From Chiloscyllium plagiosum (lineage: Eukaryota): a stretch of 64,000 nt of DNA. Shown piece after piece: positions 51,728-63,689 of this stretch. The first letter of the stretch is position 1; each line of letters begins with the position of its first letter. The notes below the pieces were generated by a model. That model saw nothing but the letters and a program-made list of their open reading frames with translations. It did no database searches and was not told where the DNA came from. A program made the translations under genes and the position numbers. Where the stretch lies: NCBI RefSeq assembly GCF_004010195.1, contig NC_057718.1:52762498-52826497 (forward strand). The letters are read 5' to 3'.

Positions 51728-51876
51728 TCAATTAGATTACTTTGTTGCTTAATTTTGTGCTGCTAATGTTAGTGTATTGTTAATAAATTAATATGCCTTT
51801 TGTTTCAATATAATCTGATGGTGAGAAGTGATTATTCTCATAATCTGGGATGGGAGATTGAAAACCAACCGCCCAT

Positions 51877-52006
51877 ATTCCTGATGAAGGGCTAATGCCC
51901 AAAACATCGATTCTCCTGCTCCTCGGATGCTGCCAGACCTGTTGTGCTTTTCCAGCACCATACTTATTGACTCTAATCTCCAACATCTGCAGTCTTCACT
52001 GTCTCC
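51877..52006 (+). mobile_element. Family A Penelope pLTR, tail-to-tail with the element at 52076
   Basis: attcctgatgaagggctaatgcccaaaacatcg...ctgcagtcttcactgtctcc. Confidence 0.85.
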
Positions 52007-52075
52007 ATGGTACAAAGATAGACAAATCAGGCTTCCTACCTCTGCATTGGATTTGGCTATCTGTCTTTGTACCAT

Positions 52076-53245
52076 GGAGAAAGTGAGGAACTGCAGTTGC
52101 TGAAGGTCAGAGTAAAAAGGTGTGGCGCTGGAAAAACACAGCAGGTCAGGCAGCATCCGTGGAGCAGAAGAGTTGACATTTCAAGCATAAGCCCTTCATC
52201 AGGAATGTGGGGGGGGGGGTTGGCAAGGGGGCTGAGAGATAAATAGGAGAGGAGGGTGGAGCTGGGGGAAAGGTAGCTAGGAAGATGATAGATTGATGAA
52301 GGTTGGGGGTGATGGTGATTGGTCGGAGCAAAGAGTGGATAGGTGGGAAGGAAGATGGACAGGTAGGACAGTTCAAGATGGCATGGTGAGTTGGAGGGTT
52401 GGATCTGGGATATGGTGTGGAGAGGGGAGATGAGGAAACTGGTGCAATCGACTGATTCCGTGTAGTTGGAGGGTCCCAAGGCAGAAAATGAGGTGTTCTG
52501 GCTCCAATAATTGGGTGGCTAGGATTTTGCAGTGGAGGAGCCCTAGGATTTGCATGTGCTTGGTGATGTGGGAGGGGGAGTTGAAGTGGTCCGCCACAGG
52601 ACCATGGGATTGTTTAGTGCGTGTATCCCCGAGATGCTCTCTGAAACATTCTGCAAGTTGGCATCTTGTCTCCCCAATGTAGAGGAGACCACATTGAGAG
52701 CAACAGACACAGTAGATAAGGTGTTCGGATGTGCAGGAAAATCTGTGCGGGATGTGGAAGGATCCTTTGGGGCCTTGGACGGAGGTGAGGGGGGGAGGTG
52801 TGGGTGCATGTTTTATACCTCTTGCGGTGGCAAAGGAAGGTGCTGGTAGTGGAGGTGTGTTGGTGAGGGGGCTTGGACTTCATGAAGGAGTCACGGAGGG
52901 AATGGTCTCAGTGGCATGCTGAAAGGGGTGGGGAGGGAAATATATCTCTGGTGTTGGGGTCTGACTGTAAGTGGCAGAAATGGCGGAGGATGATGTGTTG
53001 TACCCAGAGATTGATGGGTGGAAGGTGAGGACGGGGGTGGTTCTATCTTTGCTGCGGTTAGAGGGGTGGGGTTCAAGGGCGGAGGTAAGGGAAGTGGAGA
53101 AGATGCACTCGAGGGCATTGTTGACCAAGTGGGAGGAGATATTGTGGTCCTTGAAGTAGGAGGCCATCTGGGATGTTCTGGAGTGGAATTTATCCTCCTG
53201 GGAGAAGATGCGGTGGAGGTGGAGGAATTGGGTGCAGATTGGGAA
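52076..53245 (-). mobile_element. 5'-truncated Penelope-like element: RT C-terminus, Cys linker, GIY-YIG endonuclease, pLTR
   Basis: Frameshifted minus-strand peptides: QFLHLHRIFSQEDKF...YFKD...VLTFHP; TFLCHRKRYKTC; LIYCVCCSQCGLLYIGETRCQLAECFREH (about 52634-52720); ADHFNSPSH...EHLIFCLGTLQ.HGI. 10-bp TSD TTTGTACCAT (52066-52075 and 53246-53255). Confidence 0.9.
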
Positions 53246-54129
53246 TTTGTACCATAACAATACACCACTTTTGTTGATAGCCTGTGATATTTAATGTGGA
53301 GTAACCAATACACATTAAAAAATGAATCATGCATAGTGCCTTTCATTTATTAATAAGAAGTTTGGGACCTGGAGTGTAGGGCTGTCATGTCAAATACAAC
53401 AATGACAAACCTGAGGGCCACACCATCTTTATAGCTTGGGAACTAGATGCATTGACATTGAAATCACTGCTATTGGGCACAACCTTGAGGAAAAGACCAA
53501 CAGAAGGAAAACACAGCCAATATACCTTTTTCTGGAAGGGCCACCTAGAGGAATTATTCACCTCAAAATATCCTTGAAGAAGTCAAACATACCCCACCGA
53601 TCCTGGGAGATCTGATTTCTGATCAACCAAATGAAGGAAGCCCATTCAGAAAGATACTGAACACGTGGCAATGCTTTGTCAGGAATATTGAGAAGCAAAA
53701 TTGAAATATTGTTGAGATGCACAAACCTCCAAACAATACACCCACTTCCATCTTTTATGCACCGACAGCCATACACGTGGCAAAGTCTACAGATCATGTG
53801 GAATGGACTAATCAGCCTTTTCAGAATCCATCAAATTAAGGTGGAAGCTAGCCATCCTGCACCTCAGGGGACTGCTTAAGAAAATAAAATAATGAATCAT
53901 TTTAAAAATGTCCTCATTGTTGCAATGCAAGAAACATGGGAGCAGATTGTGCTCAGCAAGACCTAATGAAATAATGTTACAATAATCTGCTTAGTTAATA
54001 TTGGTTGAAGGATTGTTATTTTCTAGTATGGGGGCCGACAGGAAGGACAGCAACACAATAACTTACATTCACAATGGAGTCGAGGAAACCTGCAGTGAGT
54101 AACTCGCATCCTGACTTCACAAAATCTGT

Positions 54130-55384
54130 CATAGAACATAGAACAATACAGCGCAGAACAGGCCCTTCAGCCCTCAATGTTGCGTTGACCTGTGAACTAT
54201 TCTCAGCTTGTCCCCTTGCACTATCCCATCATCATCCACGTGCTTATCTAAGGATTGTTTAAATCTCCCTAGTGTGGCTGAGTTAACTACATTAGCAGGT
54301 AGGGCATTCCACGCCCTTACCACTCTCTGAGTAAAGAACCTGCCTCTGACATCTGTCTTAAATCTATGACCCCTCAATTTGTAGCTATGCCCCCTCGTAC
54401 ACGCTGACGTCATCATCCTAAGAAAAAGACTTTCACTGTCTACCCTACCTAATCATCTTGTATGTCTCTATCAAATCCCCTCTTAGCCTTCTTCTTACCA
54501 ATGAGAAAAGGTTCAAGTCTCTCAGCCTTTCCTCATAAGACTTTCCCTCCAGACCAGGCAACATCCTGGTAAATCTCCTCTGCACCTTTACCAATGCTTC
54601 CACATCCTTTCCAAAGTATGGGGACCAGAACTGTACATAATATTCCAAGTGCGGCCGTATTAGCGTTTTGTATAGCTGCAGCATGATATTGTGGCTCCGG
54701 AACTCAATCCCTCTACCAATGAATCCTAACACACCATATGCCTTTTTAACAGCACTATCCACCTGGGTGGCAACTTTCAGGGATCTCTGTATATGGACTC
54801 CAAGATCCCTCTGTGTATCCACACTACCAAGAGTCTTTCCATTGACCCAGTACTCTGCCTTCCTGTTATTCTTCCCAAGGTGCATCATCTCACATTTAGC
54901 TCCATTGATCTCCATTTGCAATTTATCCAAGTCCCCCTGCAACCTGTAACATTCTTCCAAACTGTCCACTATTCCACCGACTTTAGTGTCATGTGCAAAT
55001 TTACCAATCCATCCACCTATGCGTGCGTCTAAGTCATTTATAAAAATGACAAACAGCAGTGGTCCCAAAACAGATCCTTGTGGCACACCACTAGTAACGG
55101 GGCTCCAGGCTAAATATTTTCCATCAACCACCACTCGCTGCCTTCTTTCAGAAAGCCAGTTTCTAATCCAAACTGCTAAATAGCCCTCAATTCCATGCCT
55201 CTGCATTTTCTCCAACAGCCAACCATGTTGAACCTTATCAAAGGCTTTACTGAAGTCCATGTATACCACATCAACTGCCCTACCCTCATCTACATGCTTG
55301 GTCACCTTCTCAAAAAACTCAATGAGGTTTGTGAGACATGACCTGCCCTTGGCGAAACCATGTTGACTATCTGAAATCAAATTC
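54130..55384 (-). mobile_element. Young 5'-truncated CR1 LINE
   Basis: Long open RT frame plus C-terminus (TRGHSYKL...FFTQRVVRAWNALP) in ORF 54174-54416; tail (TTCTATG)n seen as catagaacatagaac. Confidence 0.95.
54445..55384 (-). pseudogene. CR1 reverse transcriptase domain, open for about 313 codons
   Basis: SQHGF.KGRSCLTNLIEFF, YMDFSKAFDKV, SGVPQGSVLGPLLF.IFINDLD, KFAHDTK, LYKTLIRPHLEY. The predicted N-terminus (55385-55524) comes from unrelated flanking sequence. Confidence 0.9.
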
Positions 55385-55399
55385 AAATATGCCTCTTTA

Positions 55400-55886
55400 A
55401 AGCATATTTGAGGAGTGTGATAGAATACTCCCAACTTGTCTGGATAAGTGCAGTGCAACAACACTAAAAAAGCTTGACACCATCCAGGACAAAATATTCC
55501 ACTTGATTGGTACCAAATCCACAAACATCCATCCCTCCATCACCGATGCTTAGTAGCAGCAGTGTGAAAGGTGAACTCCAGAAATTCATCAGAAGTCCTG
55601 AAAGAATACCTTCCAAACACATGACCACTTCCATTTCAAAGATCAAGGACAGCAGAAACATCGCAACACTACCATGTTCAAGTTCCTTTCTAAGCCATTC
55701 ACTATCTTGACTGAGAAATCTGCTGTTGATCCTTTCGTATTGTTCAGTCAAAGTCCTAGGATTTTGTCCCACATGGCAATGATTTAAAAAGGCAGTTCAC
55801 TGTCACTTGCTCAAGGGAAACTAGGAATCACCAAAAAATGATGGCCCAGCCAGGGATGCCCACATCCCATAAGTGAATTTTAAAAA
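55400..55886 (+). mobile_element. Divergent CR1/L2-group LINE 3' end (second family)
   Basis: 'gagtgtgatagaatactcc...aagcttgacaccatccaggacaaa' (SV.EYS...KLDTIQDK); tail 'gatgcccacatcccataagtgaattttaaaa'. Confidence 0.75.
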
Positions 55887-57757
55887 TCCACACTACTTCT
55901 CTGTGACAGCTACAAGGGGAATCTTAATCGCACTTCCAATCTTTGAGAGGCACCTAAAATGGGCAAAGGCATACTGCCAAATGCGGTCTCCTAAAATCAA
56001 TGGCAAAGTTGAAAGTTCCTCTTCTCATCATTGACACTTTCTCTTCTGTTTTACACTGTTTGTCTTACCTTTGATTTCTTTCTTTACCCCTCTCCCAACA
56101 ACAGAAATAATTCTTTATCCCGATCCCACTCCAAAATATAACAACATACCTAATTTGCTTGCCACTGTATGACATTGCCAATTATCATTGTCTGATTGAA
56201 AAAGCACACTGTCTCCTGCACATCTCCAAGAATGACAAAAATCTCCAACCATGTACATTCTCTTTCATTACAACAAAGTACAAGGTGAATACAAGTTAGA
56301 TAAATCTTTCCTAAATCATGTTTGCTTGGATGATTGCGCATGCCTTAATTTCACCTATTCTATACATTGAGGTCGGTATCACCAAATGTGGATGAGTAGC
56401 TATATTCTGCAAAAGGCTTACAGGATTGATTGACTCTCTGCTTCTGACAGTTCCTTCTACACAGGGAGATGTGGCTGACTGTATCATTAGAGATTGTTAT
56501 TGGAAAGCCTGGTGGCAAATCTGCTGTGGTTTAGTGATCACATTTAAGCCTTGCTTATGGAATACTGAACCAAAAGCAGTAAGTGTTGCAATACTGAGCA
56601 GGTCAAGCAAACACTGTGGAAATAGAAACAGCATTTTAGATTGAGGAGCTTTCATCAGAATATGATGAAGATATTGATACCGCATGATTAAAATTTGGAA
56701 AGTAGAAAAGGTATTTCAGGAAGTTCAAATAGCATGACGATAAATGGCTGTTTATCCAGCACAGCCACTTACACATTTTTGACTTTTGTGTGGATGGGGC
56801 TATATTGCTAACTCACATTGTATGCATATTTTGTAGCAAAAGGAAGCTGATATCCTTGTTCAGAAAATTGTTTGGCAGTAATTCACTACTGGTAAAGCAT
56901 GACCCTCAGTTGGGCTGAGACTGTCTCACCATTTAACATGACACTCTGGGCCTCTTGAGACATTGGTGTTCCAACATATTCTTTATCTGGACACTTTGTG
57001 GCAGGAATTATGTTTGGTGGAGCTGCACTTCTCTGAGCAGGAGGATGTTGTTGCAGGTCCTGATGTTCCTGATGTTATTGCTGATCAAATTTGTGCTCAT
57101 CTGAGTTTCAAGATAATAAAGTATAAGCATACTCGTATGATATTTGAACTCCAATGTACAGATCAAATGTCTGAATGTGCAAAATATAAACACTTCCAAA
57201 GTATAAATGACAGTCCCAAAGTGTGTATAGTAGCATCTCAGTGCATAAACTTTTATCCAAGCTGGTAAGAGAGCAATTGTGAAGTTTCAGTCCTTGTTTG
57301 AATGTTACCCCCTTCTATCTACAGCCCCTTTAATTGCTGCTTATTTTTTGCCTTACTTTCACTGCTGGTTCCAATATCCCAGGAAACCCATGGAGCCAAA
57401 GTTCAACTCCAAAACATTAGTATTCAAGTGACCACGTTGAATTTGACAATCCACCTCTCCCAGAGGTGTTGTATATACACATTTTAACACACTAGAAGGG
57501 AAATATAAAAATAGTGGGTTGGAGCTGCCTTCTTTCAAGTTTGTAATTTTCGTGTTTTCTCAAACCACCCATACCGAAGGACTCATCAATATTTTAAAAA
57601 TTCTCCTATGGTTTGATAGTTATACAATGACACTTAAAATAGCAATTTAAGACACCAATATCTTCAGATATTTAGATAAAATTCTTTTAAGTTCAGGGAT
57701 AATGTCAAGTAGCAATCACAAGCAGCAAAGGAATATTGACATGGAAGTTAGGAACAA

Positions 57758-57812
57758 TGATTTGGAGATGCCGGTGTTGGACTGGGGTGTACAAAGTTAA
57801 AAATCACACAAC
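57758..57812 (-). mobile_element. 55-bp family B 3'-end insertion
   Basis: tgatttggagatgccggtgttggactggggtgtacaaagttaaaaatcacacaac is the reverse complement of 12790-12844; imperfect 12-bp TSD agtta(g/a)gaa(c/a)aa. Confidence 0.85.
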
Positions 57813-58184
57813 AGTTAAGAAAAAATAGGTGTTGAAATGACACATGCCAATCCTGAAATGGTCACGATGCATTTCAGTTCAGCTGAGGAACCTTGCACAC
57901 GCAGAGAAGTGGGGTTCAGTAACTGACACAGTGTCACAGTCTGACGATATCATTGTGATATGAATTTGATTTTAACTCCTACAGGATTAAGACCTAATGA
58001 AAGGTTCAGATCCTGTGATGAAAACTGGGGACAGAGAGGGCCGTTACCAGAAAAACCACAGGTAAGCAATTTAAAAAAAAAGACTTTGGAAAGGTCATTT
58101 TTAGGCCAGTAGAAGCAGGAGTGATACTGTTAACCTCATAAGTAGACCTTTGGATCTCTACTGTCCATGACAGTATATTCTGTA

Positions 58185-58350
58185 GGAGAGCAGGGCAGAA
58201 TTAGGCCACTTGGCTCGTTGAGTCTACTCCACTGTTCAATTATGGCTGATACATTTCTTAACCCCATTCTCCTGCCTTGTCCCCATAACCCTTGATCATC
58301 TTACTAGTCAAGAATCTATCTATCTCAGTCTTAAATACACTCAGTGACCA
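58185..58350 (-). mobile_element. CR1 3' end
   Basis: 'ggcagaattaggccacttggc...ccccattctcctgccttgtccccataacccttgat'. Confidence 0.75.
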
Positions 58351-59919
58351 TCCTGAGCATCCCATTCTCCTGATCAACAATTATGCTCCACCACAGTTTA
58401 CTTGTCATTCCGGAGAACTGTTTCTTTCAATCCTCAGGAGACATGTATTTTATTACTTGCATTTTTTATACTATCCCGACTGCTTTTGGTTGAGAATCCA
58501 CAAGGAAATATTGGAATAAAGCCCAAGAATGAAAATTGTCCAGGACTCACCCTTCAGGATGGCATTCAAATTTCAGCACCATTTTAATTGCCATCCTGGT
58601 TAGAATAAAGGATTACTGCTAGACTTGAGTCAGGTGAACATTAAAAATTCGCACTCACCTTGTACGTTTGTGATTCTTACTTCAATCTGAGGAAAGAAAA
58701 TGTTAAATCTGAATTCAACGATGGTGAATTAAATGCTCACCTATTTTCAGTTCCTGGGTAATTGATGCATTTCATGCTAAAAAAAATGTGCAATGTTACA
58801 AGCGCTTTAAAATGTTGTTTGGATCACTTGCAACTTTAAAGTGCAATCAAAATTCTGGGTAAATATCAAATCGCTGTCTTGGTTACTACCTTTGTCAGCT
58901 GTCACAGGAAATGGTCTAGACAATGTAAATTCGAATATAGCCATGGAATAATTGGTCATGTGCTGGAGTCACCACTGATCACTGGTCCACCTCCTAATTT
59001 GCCTCTGGATGAATTGTATAAGTATGGTGGACTGCTAAATTCAGTCAGAGGTTCATGTTCTGCAGTGAATGGTGATCTGAGTGACCAAAGGGACTTTGCT
59101 GGCAAGGGAGCATTGTCTTCTGATGCATGTGGGAGATGTGACCGACATCGAGTTAGACTTTTAGTAATGGACTGAAGCTATGGCAGCCAGAGGCTCTAGG
59201 CAGTAAACAGAAGCTGCCATTAGAAAGATTGAAAGAGGCTCGAGGAGCATCTTCATGATACAGCTCTGCTGAGCATTCCTATTGGCGTCAGCAATGTCCA
59301 ATTCTCCCAGTGGTATTTTTGAGTCTTTGGAGCTGTTGGTTACTTGTGCTGGAAGCGTTGGGAGCCTACCTGCTGGTCTTAATCGGCTGACAAATAAAGA
59401 AGTGGCCAATTAGGAGCTGAAGCCAGGAAGATTACTTTATTGGCTTTTGTTCCTAGCAAGCGTAGGTTCGGCAATTTTGCTTGGTCCAAACCTCTAGGAA
59501 AATCTTTCCCATGACTTCTGTTAATATTCCTTTATCTCCTGCTTTTCGCTTTACATTTAATATGGTTTAACCTGCCATGTTTGGTTTTGTGATTAAAAAC
59601 CACTGACAGCTTGTGGTTGAGGTAGTTTACTGTCACCAGTTCTTAATGGGAACAAGCTCTTATCTTAAAACAAGATAAAGTTTATTGCATTATAGACAGG
59701 TATAAGTTACATGAATAAAATAAATGTAACTAAGACAGTGAAGGGAATTATGATATAGAACCATATTCCGTAAGATCTAAAGATGTTCTGCCTTATCAAG
59801 ACCCAAGCAAGTATGATGTGATCAGATTGGGTGGAGTCCACCATTTTCCCTTTCAGAATTATTACCTTATATAATACCTAAAGTACTGCAGTAAATAACT
59901 CACCTCTTGACTCCCTAAA

Positions 59920-60578
59920 ACACCACCTGCACGGTACAGGTGTGGAGTGTGATGGAATATTCCCCACTTGCCTGGATGGTTGCAGCTCCAACAGTACCCA
60001 AGAAGCTTGACACCATCTGGGACAAAGTAGCCTGCTTGGCACCATGTCCATAAACATCCACTTCTCCACCACCAACCCTCAGTGTGTATTATCTATAGGA
60101 TGCACTGCAGAAATCCACTAAAGAACCTTAGATTGCACCTTCCAAACCCACAATCACTTCCATCTAAAAGGACAAGGGCAATAGATACTTGCAAGTTCCC
60201 CTCCAAGCCACTCATCATGCTGACATGGAAATATATTGCTTTCCTTCATTGTCACTGGGTCAAACTCCTGGAATTCTCTCCCTAAGATCATTGTACATTA
60301 GTTTACAGCACATGAACTACAGCAGTACAAGAAGAGAGCTCATCTTCCCAAAGGCAACTCGGGGCACCACAATAAATAGACAATAGACAAAAGGTGCAGG
60401 AGTCGGCCATTCTGCCCTTTGAGCCTGCACCAATATTCAATATGATCATGGCTGATCATCCTTAATCAGTATCCTGTTCCTGCCTTATCTCCATAACCCT
60501 TGATTCCACAATCCTTGAGAGCTCTATCCAACTCTAGCCAGCAATGTCCACTTCCCATGAGAGAATTTAAAAAAAAAC
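59920..60578 (+). mobile_element. Second-family LINE 3' end with a nested antisense CR1 3' end (about 60375-60535)
   Basis: 'gagtgtgatggaatattccccacttgcctggatg...aagcttgacaccatc'; the tail is interrupted by 'tagacaatagacaaaaggtgcaggagtcggccatt...' and resumes with 'agccagcaatgtccacttcccatg'. Confidence 0.8.
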
Positions 60579-61264
60579 TTGTAAATTACTTTATTATCTT
60601 TAGTTGCTCTCTGTGATTGTCTTACTGGAGAATCCAATACATCATCAGTTATGCTACTTGAGGATCGCTGCTGACTAAGATCTGTCACTGGTATTGATAA
60701 TTCTCCCGAGGGAGATGAAAAATGAAAACATTACTCTTGAACTTGTGTTGCTTCATCATCTCACATTAAATTTGAATCAGTTCCTGCTGATAAATTTCAG
60801 ATTAACATTTATCAATGAGCTCCTGTTCGCCATACTACACATATTCTTTTTCAATGTCCACATCTTCTGGCAGGATTTTACTGGTTTCAGTCATCTGAAT
60901 TTTCTGCAATGATATTGGGACTTTTTGTTTTCCTGACAATACTGTGCAGTGGCAGATTTCAGAATGAGGTATGTTGTCTTCAATCTCCTCTTGAGATTGC
61001 AGCATCTGAGCATTGTACCAACACCTTAAAATCTGCAAGTGACCCTGGTGTATCATTTCCAGGATACCTTCCCAAAAGGAATCTCAAATAACAAGTTTAA
61101 TAATGAGTACATTTATAATTGGGAAATGCTGCAGGTGCACAAAGTATGAGTTCTTGAATAATTCACTGGAATTTTGGTCTTGCCATCCTTCAATGAGGCA
61201 AACATTCTTTGCCAGTGTTTTGCTCTTGTTGAATTTACTAGAGCCTATTTTGGCCTGCCATTGT

Positions 61265-61905
61265 ACAGTCATCGAGCCATACAGAGTAGAAAGAGACCCT
61301 TTGGTCCAATTCGTCCATGCTGACCAGATATCACTAGCTAAACACCTTACACTTATCTGCATTTGGCCCATATCCCTCTAAACATTTTATGTCAAATATC
61401 TTTTAAATGTTGTAAGTCTACCTACATTGACCAATTTCTCTGGCAGTTCATTCCACATACAAGGCACCGTGTGTGAAAATGTTGCCACTCAGACCCCTTT
61501 TAAATCTTTCTCATTTCACCTTAAAAATATGTCCCTAGTTTTGAACTCCCCCCCACACTGGGGAAAAGACCTTTGATATTCACCTTATCTGTGCCCCTCA
61601 AGATTTTATAAACCTCTGTAAGGTCATCCTCTCCAACCTCCTATGCTCCACTGAACAAAGTCCAAGCCCAACCAGCCTGCCCTCATACTCAAATTCTCCA
61701 ATCCTGGCAACATCTTGATAAATCTTATTTGAACCCTCTTCAATTTAATGATATCTTTCCTATAACAAGGCGACCAGAATTGTATGCAGTACACCAAAAG
61801 TAGCCTCACCAACTTCAACATGGCATCCCAACTGCTATACTCAATGGCCTGAGCAATAAAGGCAAGTGTGCAAAATACCTTCTTAACCACACTGTCTATC
61901 TGTGT
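61265..61905 (-). mobile_element. CR1 3' fragment
   Basis: ORF 61624-61890: VKKVF.TLAFI..IEY.S...YCIQFWSPCYRKDIIKL.RVQ.RF.KMLPGL. Confidence 0.85.
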
Positions 61906-62169
61906 TGTTTAAATGAGACTTCAAATGAAGCAAATTTATTATGCCAACATAACATGTGGTGCAGTGTTAAAATCCCTGCTTTGAGGCTGGGTGACTCAGG
62001 GTCAAGTCCCACCTGCTTCAGAGGTTTGTAACAGCATCTCTGAGAAAGTCGATTTGAAAGATAGGTTAAATTAAAAGTAAATAACTAATTCAATTTCCTC
62101 TTTTTGTGCTCCTCCATGATTCCTCATACAGATTTCCGCATGTCGGGCAATCTCAAATGAGATGTCATT

Positions 62170-62442
62170 ACTTCAGGAGAGCAAATTTAAAACAGAGATG
62201 AGGAGAAATTATTTCTTTCAAAGAGTTGTGAATCTGTGGTATTCGCCATCTCAGCATGTGGATGGATGTTGGAATAGTAAGGAGGAGGTAAATAGTTTTT
62301 TTAAATAGTAATTGGTTGAAGGACTATGGACAGCAGGCAGGAAAGTGGAGTTGATGTCAAGAATGAGATCAGTCAGGTTTCATATTAAATGGTGGAGCAG
62401 GCTTCCTGGGCTGAAATGCCTGCTCCTGCTCTCAGATCTTAT
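62170..62442 (+). mobile_element. CR1 3' end
   Basis: 'tttaaaacagagatgaggagaaattatttctttcaaagagttgtgaatctgtgg' (FKTEMRRNYF.QRVVNLW). Confidence 0.8.
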
Positions 62443-63689
62443 CTACAATGCCTGCTTGTTCAAGGACAAGTGTTTCTCTGGCACCCTTCACGTTACAGAT
62501 TCATTTGTAGCACACATTTAATCTTGAAAATTGTCCCATTTAGACCTTGTAATCCCTTCCCTGTAGGTTGTAAATGCCAATTCTTTAGCCATGTTAAATA
62601 ATCTGACAAAATTGACACACCACCTTGCATCAAGCCTTAAAATTAATCAGATATCCATTGGCATAAACAGTTCTGTCAAACTGAGTCAACTTGATCACCA
62701 ATTTCCCCAAGGAATGAATTGCATATTGTTATGATCTCACCTGATGTTACCACTGATCAAATCTGATTTCAAAATGAAAACCAGCCTAATACTATTGAAA
62801 AAAAAAACACCTGGTGGTTTTTCATTGAAACATCAGCACACTGGGCTGCAGATTTGTTTTAACAATAAAACAAAATATTATCATATAAAAGAAACAATAA
62901 AACAAAACAAATCAAACTATCTACATGTCGTAGTGTTTGAAAGATTTCAAAATATATGACAAAATAAAACCACATCCACAATATTTCAATAAATCATTAA
63001 TCCAAAGAAATTCCTTCTCTGCCAAACTGTTAGCTTTAAAATATGTTTTTGTAAACCCTGAGGCCTGTTTCCATGATTGCTCACACATCTGAGAGCTTAA
63101 GGCACTATGCATGACTTGTTTTTTAGACTTTTAATATTCTTTAGTGCTCTAACCAAACACTAGCCAAACTATTCTTTCACGAACGTAGCCTATTTGTTGG
63201 ACTGTTCTGAACAATCATATTTTCCTCAGAGAATCTATATTTGCATTTGACTTTAGCCAGGTCTCCTTCAAACTACCCAAAAGGTTTCTAGTCTCTTGGT
63301 TTAACCAAAAATTAATCTTTGCTATTTTGAATCCTAAAGCATGCAAATGTTTTCTCTCTCCTGTATTAAACCCCCATAATATACACATACTTCCATTAAT
63401 ATCCAGGAGGCACATACTGGTTTAAATTATTGTTTAAGAAAGTCTGATCAAATTCATTTTTAAACCTCTTTACTGAATAGACCAATACTCATATGTCATT
63501 ACGTTAAAATCCAAAGTTAAGGAATGGTGTTTATGTACATCATATACCTGTCATCATATGCAATGTTCGTGGCTCTACCACATTCACATCTATGTAGGAT
63601 TACTTCACTCTGGTTTTTGATTGCTGCTTAGCATGCAAGCAGTCTCTGACACAAAAATTTCGCCAGGTTGACAGCTCAATTTTTGGAAT

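Noticed and set aside
55385..55524. N-terminal extension of the 359-aa RT ORF
   Set aside because: Derived from flank and the antisense strand of a different LINE; the CR1 copy is 5'-truncated near 55384.
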